A DNA stretch of 64,000 nucleotides from Octopus sinensis. Its lineage: Eukaryota. A model generated the notes under the pieces. The model saw only the letters and a list, made by a program, of their open reading frames with translations. It was not told the DNA's origin and ran no database searches. Of this stretch, positions 12,518-24,569 are shown piece by piece. Numbering within the stretch: position 1 is the first letter of the stretch; every line of letters begins with the position of its first letter. The position numbers and the translations under genes are program-made. The stretch is from contig NW_021826031.1 in the NCBI RefSeq assembly GCF_006345805.1, forward strand, positions 310,001 to 374,000, written 5' to 3'.

Positions 12518-15500
12518 TTTTTTTTTTTTTTTTTTTTTTTTATATGTAATTAACAAATAGTTATTAACTAACTAAATTCCCGGCATCGTAAATGGAAACA
12601 CAGTTTCCACGTACTATGGCCAAGGAAATCCTTTCGAAAAGCCACTTGGACTCGCGTGGGTCTCCCCGTTTATGGGAGATCATGCGGCCAAGCTTTTTAG
12701 AAAGGAAAGAGACTTTTCGCCGATGACGCCGGAAGTCTCGACGGCGATGGGAGTGAACAGATACCGTTCAGAGAGCTCCTTGTACTTTCCAATCTTCATC
12801 TTCTCGGTTTTGCGAGAGACTGAGCCAGGCTCGACAGCTGAAGAAGGAAGGTTGAGCTCCGAGAAAGTGTCTGAACACGTCGCATCCCATAACAGAGACT
12901 TGCCGAACTCAAACGGGAAAGTCGATAGGCCGTCGGGTCTTTTTCCGTCTCCCCTCGCAAGCCCGACGGGTTCGAGGATTGATGGGATCCCAGCGGCCGT
13001 GAGCCCCCTCTGAATAACGTCGTTAAGTGCTGCATGGCGTGGTGCGCGCCCTGCACTGCGACGACAGGAAAGGGGATGTAGACCAAAACGGTCAATGACA
13101 GCACCACAACGACATTTGTGTATTTCGCAGATTTCCAATCCAAGACGCAATGATAAACCAATTCGTAGGCAATCTTTGTCTAGTAGGTTACCGGTGGAAG
13201 GGACAGGGAGAGCATCCAGCCAGGCCCCACTCCCTGTGCAGCAGCCTGCGCGGAGACATGCAAGTCTGTGCTGATCGAAATTTTTGCGTAGATGTACGTC
13301 AAGAGCTTCACAAGAAATGGCATCCCATTGAGCTTGGATACACGGGTCACTGGGTCTTTTGTTGTACAATGAATCCCAAAGGTCCAGAGCGGCCACGTGA
13401 TCAACTGACATTTTTCGTTCGGGAAGGTTTCTGAGAACGATGTCAGTGAGGGCACGGGATGATGCCAGGGACGAGAGGAAGGCAGGAAGAGCCAGATAAA
13501 CGGGCGAACGAAGGCCAATCCCCCCGAGATTAACAGGCAGGGAAGATTGAAGCCACCCCAGAGCGTCGAAATGGATGTTACACAGATACTCGGCTCCAGA
13601 CTTCAAGATAGAATCGATATCGGATAACAGATTAGGCATGCGAAAACAAGGAGAACTCCTTAGGGTGTACAAAAGCCTCGGAGTTGAGAAATAGTTACGC
13701 AGAAGAAAGAACCCGACGTGGGCATCAATGAGGGAAAGCCGTTCGATCATGTTTGACAGATTGCTTGCCTTGGCGATGAGCGTTTGTGAGAGGGCCTCGT
13801 GACCAATTGGCGAACCAAGGATTACAAGGTCCTTTGTTTCTGATACCCGCGCGCCTTTTAGAATAGGTTCCAGGGCGTCCAGAGTTTCGGCAAAAAAATC
13901 GGAAGGAATATTCAGGTTTAGGACTTCGGACTTGCTTGAGTTTATCTCCAGACCGATGGATGAAAGGGCCGGGATAATGCTCCGCAGGTCGTCTAAGACA
14001 GAGCGGGGAGGTCCACAAATCGTCGCGTCGTCCAAGTACCAGATATTTACCGGAGAGCGGACAGAATGAGCGACGGAGTTGACACACATAGCAAATAGGA
14101 AAGGCCCCAGGGGATCTCCCTGTTGCACTCCGGTCGATGAGACGATAAAGGAATCGCCAAACAGGAGGAGGCTGGGTTGTGAGTACGAAAGGTGGACTAG
14201 AGGATAAGCGGAGGGGGCGAGAGAAAGGCAGGTCTCGAGCAAATGATCCCGTCTCACTGTGTTAAACGCATTTGATATGTCCAGTTTAACTAAAAGATAT
14301 TCCAATGAAGAATCCATAAGTTCTCTTACGGCATGGGCAGCCGATTCACACCCTCCACTGACGCCGACGCCCAATTGGACTGGCAAAAATTTCGGGACCA
14401 ACTCGGGGATCACAACGTGGCAAACGAGCTTTCCGGCCAATCTGCGGAAAACATTACCCACGGCGATCGGCCTGACCCCGTTATCTTTTTTGCCCAAAGC
14501 AGTGAGATTAGCCGAGAAGAAAATCGCCCGGGCAAAATCCGGTAAATTCCCACCGATAAGACGGTTACAGAGATTGGTGATAGATTCCAAGAGGAGACGC
14601 CCTGCCTCAGCAGTAAGAGGTGAAGTCAAGTCTTTAATGTGTCCGGGCTTCAGCCCATCTATACCCCCACTGCTGCTTGGGGAAAAACTTTTCAGTGCCT
14701 TCTCAACCTGTGAAGCGGTAACCAGCAGTTGCGGAAGGGCGGTCGTATCGACAGCGGGTTGGGTGCGGGAGTTTACTGGAGGACTGGGGTGCTTGGATCT
14801 CAAATTAGACAATGCGGAGGGAGATGGGGACAAAAGCCGGTTAGAGGAGGCAACAAGTCTGACAGCTCCGCGGACGTCGCCGTCCAACAGCTTGCTGTTC
14901 ACCTTACGACGGAGGTAAATGCAATCGGAGGAAGTTTTAGTGTTAACCACAGAAGGGGCGACACATTTGTGAGAGTCAGAGTGGAGGGAATCGAACTGGG
15001 AGGGAAACAGAGAAGTACAATGATCGAATAGGGCGAGTTGCTGTTTAATAATCGATGCGGGAGAAAGTTTTTTAGACTCGCTGTCGGGCCGGGAGGGTTG
15101 GATCCCAATACCGAAAACAGCAAAACCAAAAAGGAGTAACCAGTCAGACTGGTCATTAGATGACAAAGCGCGGTTTATAGCTGTGGACAAAGAGAGAGCA
15201 GCTTGAATCCTCGCTGCCTTCGGTATCCGTGCCGGAATTTTGCGGTTACAGCGAGAAGAATAGATGAATCTTAAAGCATCTTCGGCTGACGGAGATGGAC
15301 TTTCAGCAGGGATTTCCGGCGGACTGTTGGCCGGGAACGGCCTGCAAGAACGACAAACAGGGCAGTTCCAGGTTATGAGAGAAGCTGAAACGCGCCTGGA
15401 AAGTCGAACACACGAAAGGTGGAAGAAACTGTTGCAGCCAGAACAGTATCTACCTTTCTTCCGATCGTTGCTAGTTTTGCACGAAGAGCAAATAGCCATC

Positions 15501-15704
15501 GTAGGAAAGAAATAGAAAAGAAAGATGGAAATGTATAAAAAAGAAATAGAAAAGAAAGAAGAAAGAAGGACAGAAAGAAATGAAATAAAGAAATGGAAGA
15601 GATAGAAGGACAAAATAAAATGAAAGAAAAAGAAATGATAGATGGAGAGATAAAATGAAAGAAAAAGATAAGATAGGTTGACAAATATACTGAAAAAGTG
15701 CACC
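12518..15704 (-). mobile_element. Full-length CRE-clade non-LTR retrotransposon (PHD-RT-RLE)
   Basis: Poly(A) tail appears as a T-run at 12518-12541. Candidate TSD CTATCT at 12512-17 and 15705-10. Single long ORF. Confidence 0.88.
12680..15499 (-). CDS. CRE-clade polyprotein: PHD finger, reverse transcriptase, restriction-like endonuclease
   Basis: CSSC...CSGCNSFFHLSC...WNCPVC (PHD), RPIAVG, GVQQGDPLGP, WYLDD, CRCG...HPLSC...RHAALND and DGKRPDG. A -1 slip in an A-run near 12695 hides the C-terminal GDPRESKWLFERISLAIVRGN. Confidence 0.88.
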   Translation of the reverse strand: MAICSSCKTSNDRKKGRYCSGCNSFFHLSCVRLSRRVSASLITWNCPVCRSCRPFPANSPPEIPAESPSPSAEDALRFIYSSRCNRKIPARIPKAARIQAALSLSTAINRALSSNDQSDWLLLFGFAVFGIGIQPSRPDSESKKLSPASIIKQQLALFDHCTSLFPSQFDSLHSDSHKCVAPSVVNTKTSSDCIYLRRKVNSKLLDGDVRGAVRLVASSNRLLSPSPSALSNLRSKHPSPPVNSRTQPAVDTTALPQLLVTASQVEKALKSFSPSSSGGIDGLKPGHIKDLTSPLTAEAGRLLLESITNLCNRLIGGNLPDFARAIFFSANLTALGKKDNGVRPIAVGNVFRRLAGKLVCHVVIPELVPKFLPVQLGVGVSGGCESAAHAVRELMDSSLEYLLVKLDISNAFNTVRRDHLLETCLSLAPSAYPLVHLSYSQPSLLLFGDSFIVSSTGVQQGDPLGPFLFAMCVNSVAHSVRSPVNIWYLDDATICGPPRSVLDDLRSIIPALSSIGLEINSSKSEVLNLNIPSDFFAETLDALEPILKGARVSETKDLVILGSPIGHEALSQTLIAKASNLSNMIERLSLIDAHVGFFLLRNYFSTPRLLYTLRSSPCFRMPNLLSDIDSILKSGAEYLCNIHFDALGWLQSSLPVNLGGIGLRSPVYLALPAFLSSLASSRALTDIVLRNLPERKMSVDHVAALDLWDSLYNKRPSDPCIQAQWDAISCEALDVHLRKNFDQHRLACLRAGCCTGSGAWLDALPVPSTGNLLDKDCLRIGLSLRLGLEICEIHKCRCGAVIDRFGLHPLSCRRSAGRAPRHAALNDVIQRGLTAAGIPSILEPVGLARGDGKRPDGLSTFPFEFGKSLLWDATCSDTFSELNLPSSAVEPGSVSRKTEKMKIGKYKELSERYLFTPIAVETSGVIGEKSLSFLKSLAA

Positions 15705-15808
15705 CTATCTTATTATTGAATTATCAACTACAAAAATAATTAATTTAATTAAGTTTTTTAATCCTGTCCATCCCGACAATAGAATTTTCCCCATTTGAGT
15801 GTCTAATC

Positions 15809-17653
15809 CAGAGGTTTCCAAATGGGGAGGCGCGCCTCCCTAGGGAGGCGTTGACTCGTGTCAAGGGAGGCGCGAAAAGTATTTCAGAAACATTTTTTAG
15901 AAAATTATATCTATGTAAAAAACGTGACTATATTCCGATAATAAGAGTTATTAATTTAAAAATTATATTTTTTCAAAAATTTATTTAATTTATTAGACAA
16001 TTAAATAATTTTAACACATGAATAAATTCTTGAGTGGTTGCAAAAGAAAATTCACGAATAATAAAGATTTTGACGATGGTTCAAAAAATCAAAATGATTG
16101 GAATATAATCAATACCACTCCAAAGACAAGAAAATACTTTCCATCTTACTTATTGTTAGGATTCACACGTATCTTTGTTGATTCTATGGAAAAACCCCTC
16201 TGTTTGCTTTGCCTCAAAACACTTGCAGCAGATAGTATGAGGCCATGCAAATTAAGAAGACATTTTGAAACGATGCATTCTGAACATGTCCATAAGTCTG
16301 AAGAATTTTTTAAAAGAAAATTAGAAGAGTTTGATAACCAAACGAAATCGTTAAAAAAACTTGTTTCTGTCTCTTCAAATGCTTTACTAGCATCGTACAA
16401 AGTTTCTTACAGGATTGCAAAATGCAAGAAACCGCACAATATCGGAGAAACTCTAGTTTTGCCAGCAGCTATCGATATGGTTGAAGCAATGTTTGGCGAA
16501 TCCTATGCAAAACAATTACAGCAAATACCGCTTGCTGATAACACAGTCGCTAGAAGAATTGATGACATATCTGAAGATCTTTGTGATCAGTTGGTTTCTC
16601 GACTACGTAACTGTAAATTTGCTATACAAGTTGATGAGGGAGCTGACATAAATAAAAATGCACATTTAATTGCATATGTCAGATATGCTGAAGAAAGTAC
16701 AATAATAGAAGATCTATTATTCTGCAAACCATTTCCTGGAAGGAGCACGGCCAATGAAATTTTTAATATAATTGATACTTTTTTTGAAGAAAATAACATA
16801 GAATGGATCAATTGTGTTGGACTTTGTACAGACGGAGCACAGTCAATGTCAGGAAATAAATCTGGTCTTCAAGCTCTTGTAAAAAACAGAGCACCAGAAA
16901 TTATCTGGACGCACTGCATGCTGCACAGATCAGCACTTGTCTCAAAGAATATGAGTCCAGAACTGAACGATATTTTTGCGCAAATTACAAAAGTTATAAA
17001 CTACATAAAAACACAGTCCTTTAAGAGCTAAGCTTTTTGCAAAGCTGTGTGAAGATATGGATTCAAAATATACATCGCTTTTATACTATTGTGAGGTACG
17101 CTGGCTATCTCGTGCAAAAGTGATTAGAAGGGTGTTTGAACTCAAAGATCAAGTTGCAGATTTTCTTGATGAAAATGATATTGAAGATGCAAAGTTGTTC
17201 AGGGATGATGACTTTATTGTCAAATTTGCCTATTTAGTTGACATTTTTGGGAAATTGAGTATATTGAATAAATCAATGCAGGGACCACAACTACATTTAT
17301 TCTCTCAAAAGGACAAAATAAAAGCATTTATGAAAAAATTGGTATTATGGAAATCAAATATACAAAAAAATATCTATGACATGTTTCCACTTTTAAACAC
17401 CTTTTGCGCCATAGTGAACATTGAAGCAAACAAAGACATATTTGCTGAACATTTGGATTGTTTGTTGAAGCATTTTGCTCACTATTTTAAACTTTGCGCC
17501 AAGATGGAAAAAAAATTATCTCATTAACTTTTTGTTTTAAAAAATTGTTTTTGATAAAATAATAATTGTATTATATTATGGAATATAAAGGGAGGCGCAA
17601 GATTGTACTTTTTCTCTAAGGGAGGCGCGTAAAAAAAAGCTTGGAAACCTCTG
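15809..17653 (+). mobile_element. hAT transposon (Buster/Charlie, ZBED5-like), 3'-deleted, one frameshift
   Basis: TIR CAGAGGTTTCCAA with 8-bp TSD GTCTAATC at 15801-08 and 17654-61. ORFs 16018-17031 and 17057-17527 carry a BED-like CLLC...HFETMH, FAIQVDE, CTDGA, WTHCMLH and VRWLSR. Confidence 0.92.
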
Positions 17654-18169
17654 GTCTAATCTATTAAATAAATAAATTTAAAACTACCTCTACGCGATTA
17701 TTCGACAAAATATTTATTATTTCAGCTGGTGGATAGTACTGTGATTCGAATTTATCCAGTCGCACCGATGGATTAGTTCCAATTAATTCGAATCTATTTA
17801 TTAATTTTTTTATTTCCTACTTTATCACCGACATTATAATCACACAAACATTCATTTTCCTGTTCATAGTTTTGTAATAATTAGAAGTTTCACGGCTTTC
17901 CTTATAAATTTGAATCCGGATAGGAACATTTTGACTTGGAATTATCTACGTACACTCAACCCTCTCAAATTGGCATCAATGACCGTTAAAATCCATTTAA
18001 AATCATGATTAACCGTTGAAAATCTTTTAAGTCTATAAGATCTATCTGAAACCATTCATTAGGACAAGAAGCAAAAACATGGTGTTTTATCCAATCTACA
18101 ATAAAAAATGCTTAAACTTTTAAAGGACATGAAAATTTACAGACTTTACAATTTCGAATTACTTTTCGG

Positions 18170-20680
18170 ATTTTTTTTAGTTATTGAGATTTAATCAAGT
18201 TAAACTAATGTATGTAGAGGAGAAGAACTGATGGCGATCCAGTTTCCCCTCACTATTGCTTGGGACACGTTCTGGAGGAGCCATCTCGTCTCCAGAGGAT
18301 TGTGCGTTCTCAGGGTCTTGAGACGTCCAATACACCTGAGGAAGCGCAACGACTCCTTCCCAATCGATCCCAGGGTTTCGAGAGCAACCGGCCGGAAAAC
18401 GAAACGATCGGTGAGCCCATCATATTTCCTCTTCTATCCGCAGCTGTGCCAGCATTGCAGGCACTTTCCAACATATTTGTCTTGGACAAGGAGTCGGAAC
18501 ATGTTGAATCCCATACGAGAGGCTTTCCTTCCAAAAACGGAAAGATAGTCATCCCGTCTGGGCGTTTTCCATCTCCTCGGTCCAATCCAGGTGGTTCCAG
18601 CACTGATGGGAATCCGATTGAATCGAGAGCTCTTCTTATAACGTCGTTGAGAGCTGAATGCCTCGGGAATCTACCAGCGCTTTCTCGACAGGAGAGAGGG
18701 TGGAGTCCAAATTGATCAATCGATGCACCACAGCGGCATTTGTGTGGTTCACAAACTTTGAGACCGATACGTAGACCGACACCGACTCGCAGTGTGTCAG
18801 GATCCAAGAGAGTCCCCAAGCTTCCGATCGGGAAGGCTTCCAACCATTCTCCACTCCCCGTGGACCTCCCGGCAAGCAAGCATGCTCTACGGTGTTGATT
18901 CGATGTCTTTAGGAGACTCACAAACCGACCTTCGCACACAATCTTGTCATAACTCTTCTGTGAGCAGAAGTCCGACGGCAGCTTCGATTCTTTTGCGCTC
19001 CAACTGTCAAAGTAGGCAGTCATCTTAGGTAATGAAGATTCGGGGAGGAGATGGAGAATCTTCTGAACCAGAGTTTGACTGCTGTACAGTGAAGACAGGA
19101 ATGCGGGGCGGGACACATCGGTAGGATTTCGGATGCCAAGACCTCCAAAGGAGACAGGAAGGGAAGCTTGTTTCCAGCCTTGATCGTCGAATTTGATTTT
19201 TATGATGCGTTCAGTTGTTTTCCGGAAAAGGACATTGATAGAATGAAGTTGATCATTTTCTAAGAAGCAGGGTGACCCCCGTAGCACATGATTTAATTTT
19301 TGGATGCCAAGGGCATTTTTGAGCAGGAAGAAGGCTGTATGTGAGTCCAACAAATTAAGACGAACAAAAGTTTTTTCCAGTAGCATTTCCTTAGTTTCAA
19401 GAGCGTCCTTGATTCCACCATCTGTCAATGGGCAGCCTAATATCTCCAGACTGATACTAGGCGTGATGGACGCTCCGGGAATTATCTCAATGAAAGAGGA
19501 AACAATAACCTCGAATTCATCACGACTGAACCCAAAATTAATGATTTCACTTTTTGAAGTGTTCAGTATAAGACCAACGAATTCAAGTCTCGGAATAAGG
19601 TCAACGAGCGTCTTTAAGACAGTTTCGGGATGACCTCCGAGGGTGCAGTCATCAAGGTACCAAACATTCAGCGGGGTTGAGCAGTTCTTAACAATGTGAT
19701 TAATTCCAAGGCAAAAGAGCACAGGACCCAATGGGTCTCCTTGTTGAACCCCCGAGGACGAGGAAATATGGTAAGGGCCATGGACGAGGGTGGATGGTTT
19801 CGCATATGAGCTGAGTATATAGTTGTATATTTCGGGACAGAATTCAAGACAGTTCTCCAATATAGAGTCGCGGAGAATGGTGTTAAATGCATTACGGATG
19901 TCCAATTTAACAATAATATGGGGGGTATTGTTGTTTACGTGGTTGAATGCACGGATTCCGTGTATTGCTGCTTCACAACCTCCTGGGGTACCAACTCCAA
20001 GTTGAATAGGGCACATTAGCGGAGTTAATGTTGGGATAACAGCCCTGCATGCCATCTTTGAGGCTAGCCGACGGAAGACAGATCCAACTGCAATGGGTCG
20101 AACACCCCCTCCTTTCTTTTCTAGGGCGATCAGTTTTGCAGAGAAGAAAAAGTGACGAACTAGCTCTGGAAGATCTCCCGAAAGCATTCTGTTGATAGAG
20201 AAACAGATCGACGAAAGAAGCCGTGATCCCGAGATTCCCGTGTCCGGCGAGATTAGGTCCTTAAGATGTCCTGGTCGCAGCCCGTCTAGACCCGCCCCGC
20301 TGCTTGGAGCGAAGGATAAAATTCCGGCTTTAATGTCATCGTCCGAGACAGACAATGGCTGAAGAATCCACGGGAGAGGTGGATTTCGTGAGTCGCTTGG
20401 AGCGGCCGGATGTCGATCCAGGAGAGCTTCATGAGTCTCAATTGAGGGCTTCAGGAATGGACTGTCACTGGAGAGCACTCTCAAAGCCGAGCGTATTCCC
20501 CCTTCCAATAATTTAGAATGAATGGTCCTCCGTAAGTGTATCTCTTCAGAAAGTGTATCCTTTGGAAACTTTCGATGACTCTTCACAGTAGCCGGTTGTA
20601 ATGGGGATCAATCCCCGTAAGTCCGGAATCGAACAGGCGTATGTTTTCTTTGACGGACGATGACAAAGATCTGCCACGAA
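18170..20680 (-). mobile_element. 5'-truncated CRE-clade retrotransposon inserted in the Ginger copy 2 zinc-finger region
   Basis: ORF 18310-20586 with RPIAVG, GVQQGDPLGP, WYLDD, HPLSC and DGKRPDG. Short A-tail at ~18171-78, followed by the Ginger sequence RKVIRNC. Confidence 0.85.
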
Positions 20681-20918
20681 TTGATTATGTCATTCTTTAC
20701 AGTAAAGTAGCTTTGTCGAAACTGATATTCAATTTTATTCACTCCTCCGTGAGAACACTTGTGCAATGTTTTTGCAACAAGCTCAATTTCAAATTCAATA
20801 TCCATAGTAATTTAAAATACAATCTGAAACTTATTGCGCATTCAAAATACCTTTCATTTATGATAGTAAAATTCTGTATTTTATCGGCAAGCCTATATTT
20901 TTTATGCCTCGAAAAATT

Positions 20919-22056
20919 GGTAATCTCCAAATTTAGCCATACTATAAATCTCGACGTATAAGCAATAGATTTTAATTATTTTTTCATTTTTTATTAATTT
21001 AAGTTAATTTTAATGGATTTGTTTAATTTTAAATGGGTTTGTCTATTGTTGATGCGGCTGCAATCAAGTCTGATGAGCAAATAATGCAGGAATATAACCG
21101 GTTTTCGTCTCTAAACAGGCTCTTCGGCGAGAATATAGATGAGTGTGTAATTTGGTGCGCAGAGAGGCGGTTGATCTCTAACACAATGAAATGCGGTCGC
21201 TGTAAAGTAAGACCTATATTCTCACAAATAGAGACGCTGTCGTTTATCTAAGTTAAAAAGAAACGTGGACAACGCAATTTGGATATGCATTCTATGCAAA
21301 ACTTCTCGAAGTATAAGAACGAACAGCTGGTTTTCCAGTAAGTCACCCTTAAACTAATTTTAGGAAGTCATTTACCGTTAGCGAAAGGAGCCGATTAAAT
21401 TTGGGGGACTCGTGGTTAGTGAAGATACATTACGTAATTCATTTAATTTTAATTTTTAGAAGAGTCGATAGTGGAAATAGACGAGTGCAAATTTTTCCAC
21501 AGAAAGTACCATCGAGGGCATTGGCGACCAGGCCATTGGGTATTGGGTGGAATAGATAGGGAAACTAGAAAGTGCTTTTTTGAAAAAGTTGCAGGTTCTT
21601 TTTTCCATTTATCCTTTAGACAGGACAGCGGAAACACTCAATGAGGTTATCGTTCGACGCGTACTTCCCGGCACCCATATCATTACTGATGGTTGGGCTC
21701 CATCCATACTCAAAATATTGAGAACACATGGATGCGAGCGAAGAGAAAGCTAAAAAGGCAATTTGGTAAAACTCGTAAATTTATTTTAGGAACATCGCGA
21801 GCGTTATTTGAATCTTATTTGGACGAATTCACGTGGCGGACCTTGGTAGTTGATAAAGAGAAGATATTCCAAGACTTTCTGCTCCATAGTTACAAATATG
21901 TTTTTCGGCTTAATTTTATTCTTTAAAAAATATAAAATCCAGACAATCCAATAGACAAATCCATTAAAATAACTTAAATTATAAAAAATGAAAAAATAAT
22001 TAAAATCTATTGCTTATACGTCGAGATTTATAGTATGGCTAAATTTGGAGATTACC
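20919..22056 (+). mobile_element. Merlin (IS1595/ISXO2-like) transposon 1; transposase with at least five tiny introns
   Basis: ~90-bp TIR GGTAATCTCCAAATTTAGCC with 8-bp TSD GAAAAATT at 20911-18 and 22057-64. Motifs VEIDECKF.HRKYHRG, WVLGGIDR, HTQNIENTW and SYLDEF. Confidence 0.92.
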
Positions 22057-22334
22057 GAAAAATTTTCTGGAAATTTACCAGCCAACGCATCCTTTAAAAT
22101 CTCATATTCGATAATGTGTTTAACAAAACCCTTGTAAGAACTCATTACAACAAGATAAAACAAGAAAAAACACGCTAGAAATGTAGGTTTGCCAAGTTAA
22201 AAAATTAAAATCTTAATAATTGTTACATTAATAAATTAAAGATAATTTAACATGTTTAAAATCAATTAATTTAATATATTTTTGTCACTATAAAAAATTA
22301 AATTTCGGCTAATCAAAGAATTCTAATTTGACAG

Positions 22335-22490
22335 TTTCCCTGGGACATCGCGTCTCAGGCGATCTTGCGGGAAGGATTGAACCTTTCAGAAGGATCTCCC
22401 TCGTTTGGATCGGCGATCACGGGAATAACTATAATGAACTGGCTTTGCCCGTGTTTGGTCTTCAAAAAATAAAAAAAAAAATAAAATGTC
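22335..22490 (+). repeat. 3' fragment of a dispersed SINE-like repeat with A-rich tail
   Basis: Matches the reverse complement of ~48630-48770 (ccctgggacatcg, gaacctttcagaaggatct, gatcacggg, tttggtc) and ends in an A-rich run at ~22464-22486. Confidence 0.6.
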
Positions 22491-22559
22491 AAAAAATGTA
22501 ACGCGCGGCCCATGCGTAACGCGCTGCCCATGTCACATAATAATCTTATCCCGATTTTT

Positions 22560-23045
22560 GTTTAATAAAAAAATTTCTCAAAAAACAATCAACAACATTC
22601 TTTTGAAAAAAGATTCTCTTCTCAAAGATAGCAAGATACACAATCTAGCCTCAAAAAAGTATCAAATCTTAAGTTTCCTGAACTTGATGCAAAATTGGTT
22701 GAATAGATGGATTTTGATTGAGTCTAGAAGTATCTTATTTAGGGTCTAATATTTAGGCGGTTTTCTTAATGATTCCTTAATTTCTAGTAAGGCTATGTTT
22801 TTTACGCAACAATCTAAACCAGTAAATTTTAAAAACTCAAATGGTTTTTTGGAAAATTTTAAAAAACCTTCATAGATTGGCTAATAAACTTTGATTTGAA
22901 TCTAAAATTACAGATAAAACAAATTTTGCTTATTCTGGATAACTGTTCTTCCCATTGCATACCAGAAAATTTGTCTAATATTGAAATCATGTTTATACCG
23001 CGAAATAGTACAGGCTTGGTCCAGCCAATGGATCTGGGAGCCTTG
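22560..23045 (+). mobile_element. pogo/Tigger transposase remnant
   Basis: ILLILDNCSSH...FIPRNSTGLVQPMDLG (DDE_1-type motif). Boundaries approximate. Confidence 0.7.
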
Positions 23046-23549
23046 AATTCCACGGCTTGTCGTTCTGTTCGTCGGCCGAATTCGCGAAACTAACGAAATA
23101 CGAAAATTTGCGCGATCGATTTTGCGCGATATATTTTGAAGTTTTGAGAATCCCGGTTAAACATCCGAACAGTCATGAATATTTGACTTCCAGGCGAGAG
23201 CTTTTCAATTTCGGTGACTTTCTCGTCTAAGTATTTCGTTCACAATAGACGCGCTCGAACTGTAATTGTGTGAAGGATTCTGTTTCTTTGATTTCTTAGC
23301 TATCTTTTATTTTCCAAACAACGATTTTCGATTCTCAAGCGGATATCGGTTTAGTGCTCTGACATTTCCCTTATTTTTGAATCTAATATGCGTAGTTGTT
23401 GTTTGGACGGATGTCTCTATAGCCGATAGTATCCGCAGCGCTCTGTTTAACAGCCACAACCAACTTTTTTAGAAGCTTAATATTTTTTTCTTTTCACAGA
23501 ATTTTTTTTACAGAATTGTTTATTAGCTAGTTTTAATAATTTAAGAAAA

Positions 23550-24440
23550 CTCGTCAAACTCGATCTGCGTAATGCCTTCAACAGCGTCAGGAGGGACCGT
23601 GTAATGGAGGTATGCGTCGAGAGGGCTCCGGAGATTTCCCAGCTTGCCTTCCTCTCGTACGGGGAAGACACCTCACTTATCTTTGGGGATAAAGTCATCC
23701 GTTCTCGAACAGGAGTCCAACAAGGCGACCCTCTTGGACCATTACTATTCGCCTTAGCAATCGACGAGGCTGTACGATCAATCCTCTCACCATTCAATTT
23801 ATGGTACCTGGACGACGCCACCATCGGCGGGTCTGTGGAATCCATCACCGAGGACCTATCCCGCCTAATTCCTTCTCTGCGCAACCTTGGACTGAACGTT
23901 AACGTGGATAAATCGGAAATCCTAAACCTCAACTACCCTGAGGCGGATTTTCCGAATGTCAACATGACAATTCAAGGCTTCATCGCTGGTGCACAAACAA
24001 TCCAGCCATCAGAAGCAACCTTCCTTGGATGCCCTTTAAGCCATCTGGCGAAGAAGGACTCTGAATTCCGTAACCTCACGAGCAGTCTATTGGAGTTAGA
24101 CTCACACATCGCTTTCTTCCTTATGAAAAACAGCATACACATGCCGAAACTTCTTTACACGCTCCGCTGCCTGCCATGCTACTCGTATCCAGACACTTTG
24201 ACTCACTTGGAAAAATCACTGAAATCTTGCACGGAGGCAGTCCTGAACATCTCTTTTGACGAAATCGGCTGGACTCAAGCGAAACTTCCCGTCAGGTTCG
24301 GCGGGATCGGTCTTCGCTCGCCAAAAGATCTGGCTCCACATGCACACTTCTCTTCTCTTCAATTTCCAGAAGCCGGCAACTTGTCAGAGAGGTTCTACTC
24401 CCCTTCAACGAACTCTCTCTGGGGTTGCCGACTGCTAAAT
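23550..24440 (+). mobile_element. CRE-clade RT fragment
   Basis: LDLRNAFN, GVQQGDPLGP, WYLDDAT and LPVRFGGIGLR. Confidence 0.85.
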
Positions 24441-24569
24441 AACAAAATGGGCGGGTTTTATAAACGAACTGTGACAATGTATGAAAATAAAAAATTAATT
24501 AAGGTGGAAATAGAACTACTATGTTTCTACGACAGTTGCCTATAATAATAATAAGAATCCATACGCATC

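Larger units (their letters stand above)
12423..22537 (-). mobile_element. Ginger/Tdd-type transposon copy 2 (integrase core deleted), carrying five nested insertions
   Basis: Termini TGTGACATGGG (12423) and CCCATGTCACA (22537), with 5-bp TSD TAATA at 12418-22 and 22538-42. Integrase pieces between the insertions align with copy 1 (HKCSHGGVNKIEY, RKVIRNCKVC, NNRVEV). Confidence 0.88.

Noticed and set aside
14259-14918. Long antisense ORFs over the CRE and RTE elements (also 61124-61708 and others)
   Set aside because: These are shadow ORFs of GC-richer coding sequence with no independent motifs.
15500-15703. 68-aa Phe/Ser/Leu-rich N-terminal extension of the CRE ORF as a membrane domain
   Set aside because: It is translated low-complexity pyrimidine DNA. 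The ATG at 15499 before the PHD is the more plausible start.
18160-20690. Long TSD around the second CRE (aatc...aattcg)
   Set aside because: It only fits if 8 nt are deleted from one copy, which is too speculative.
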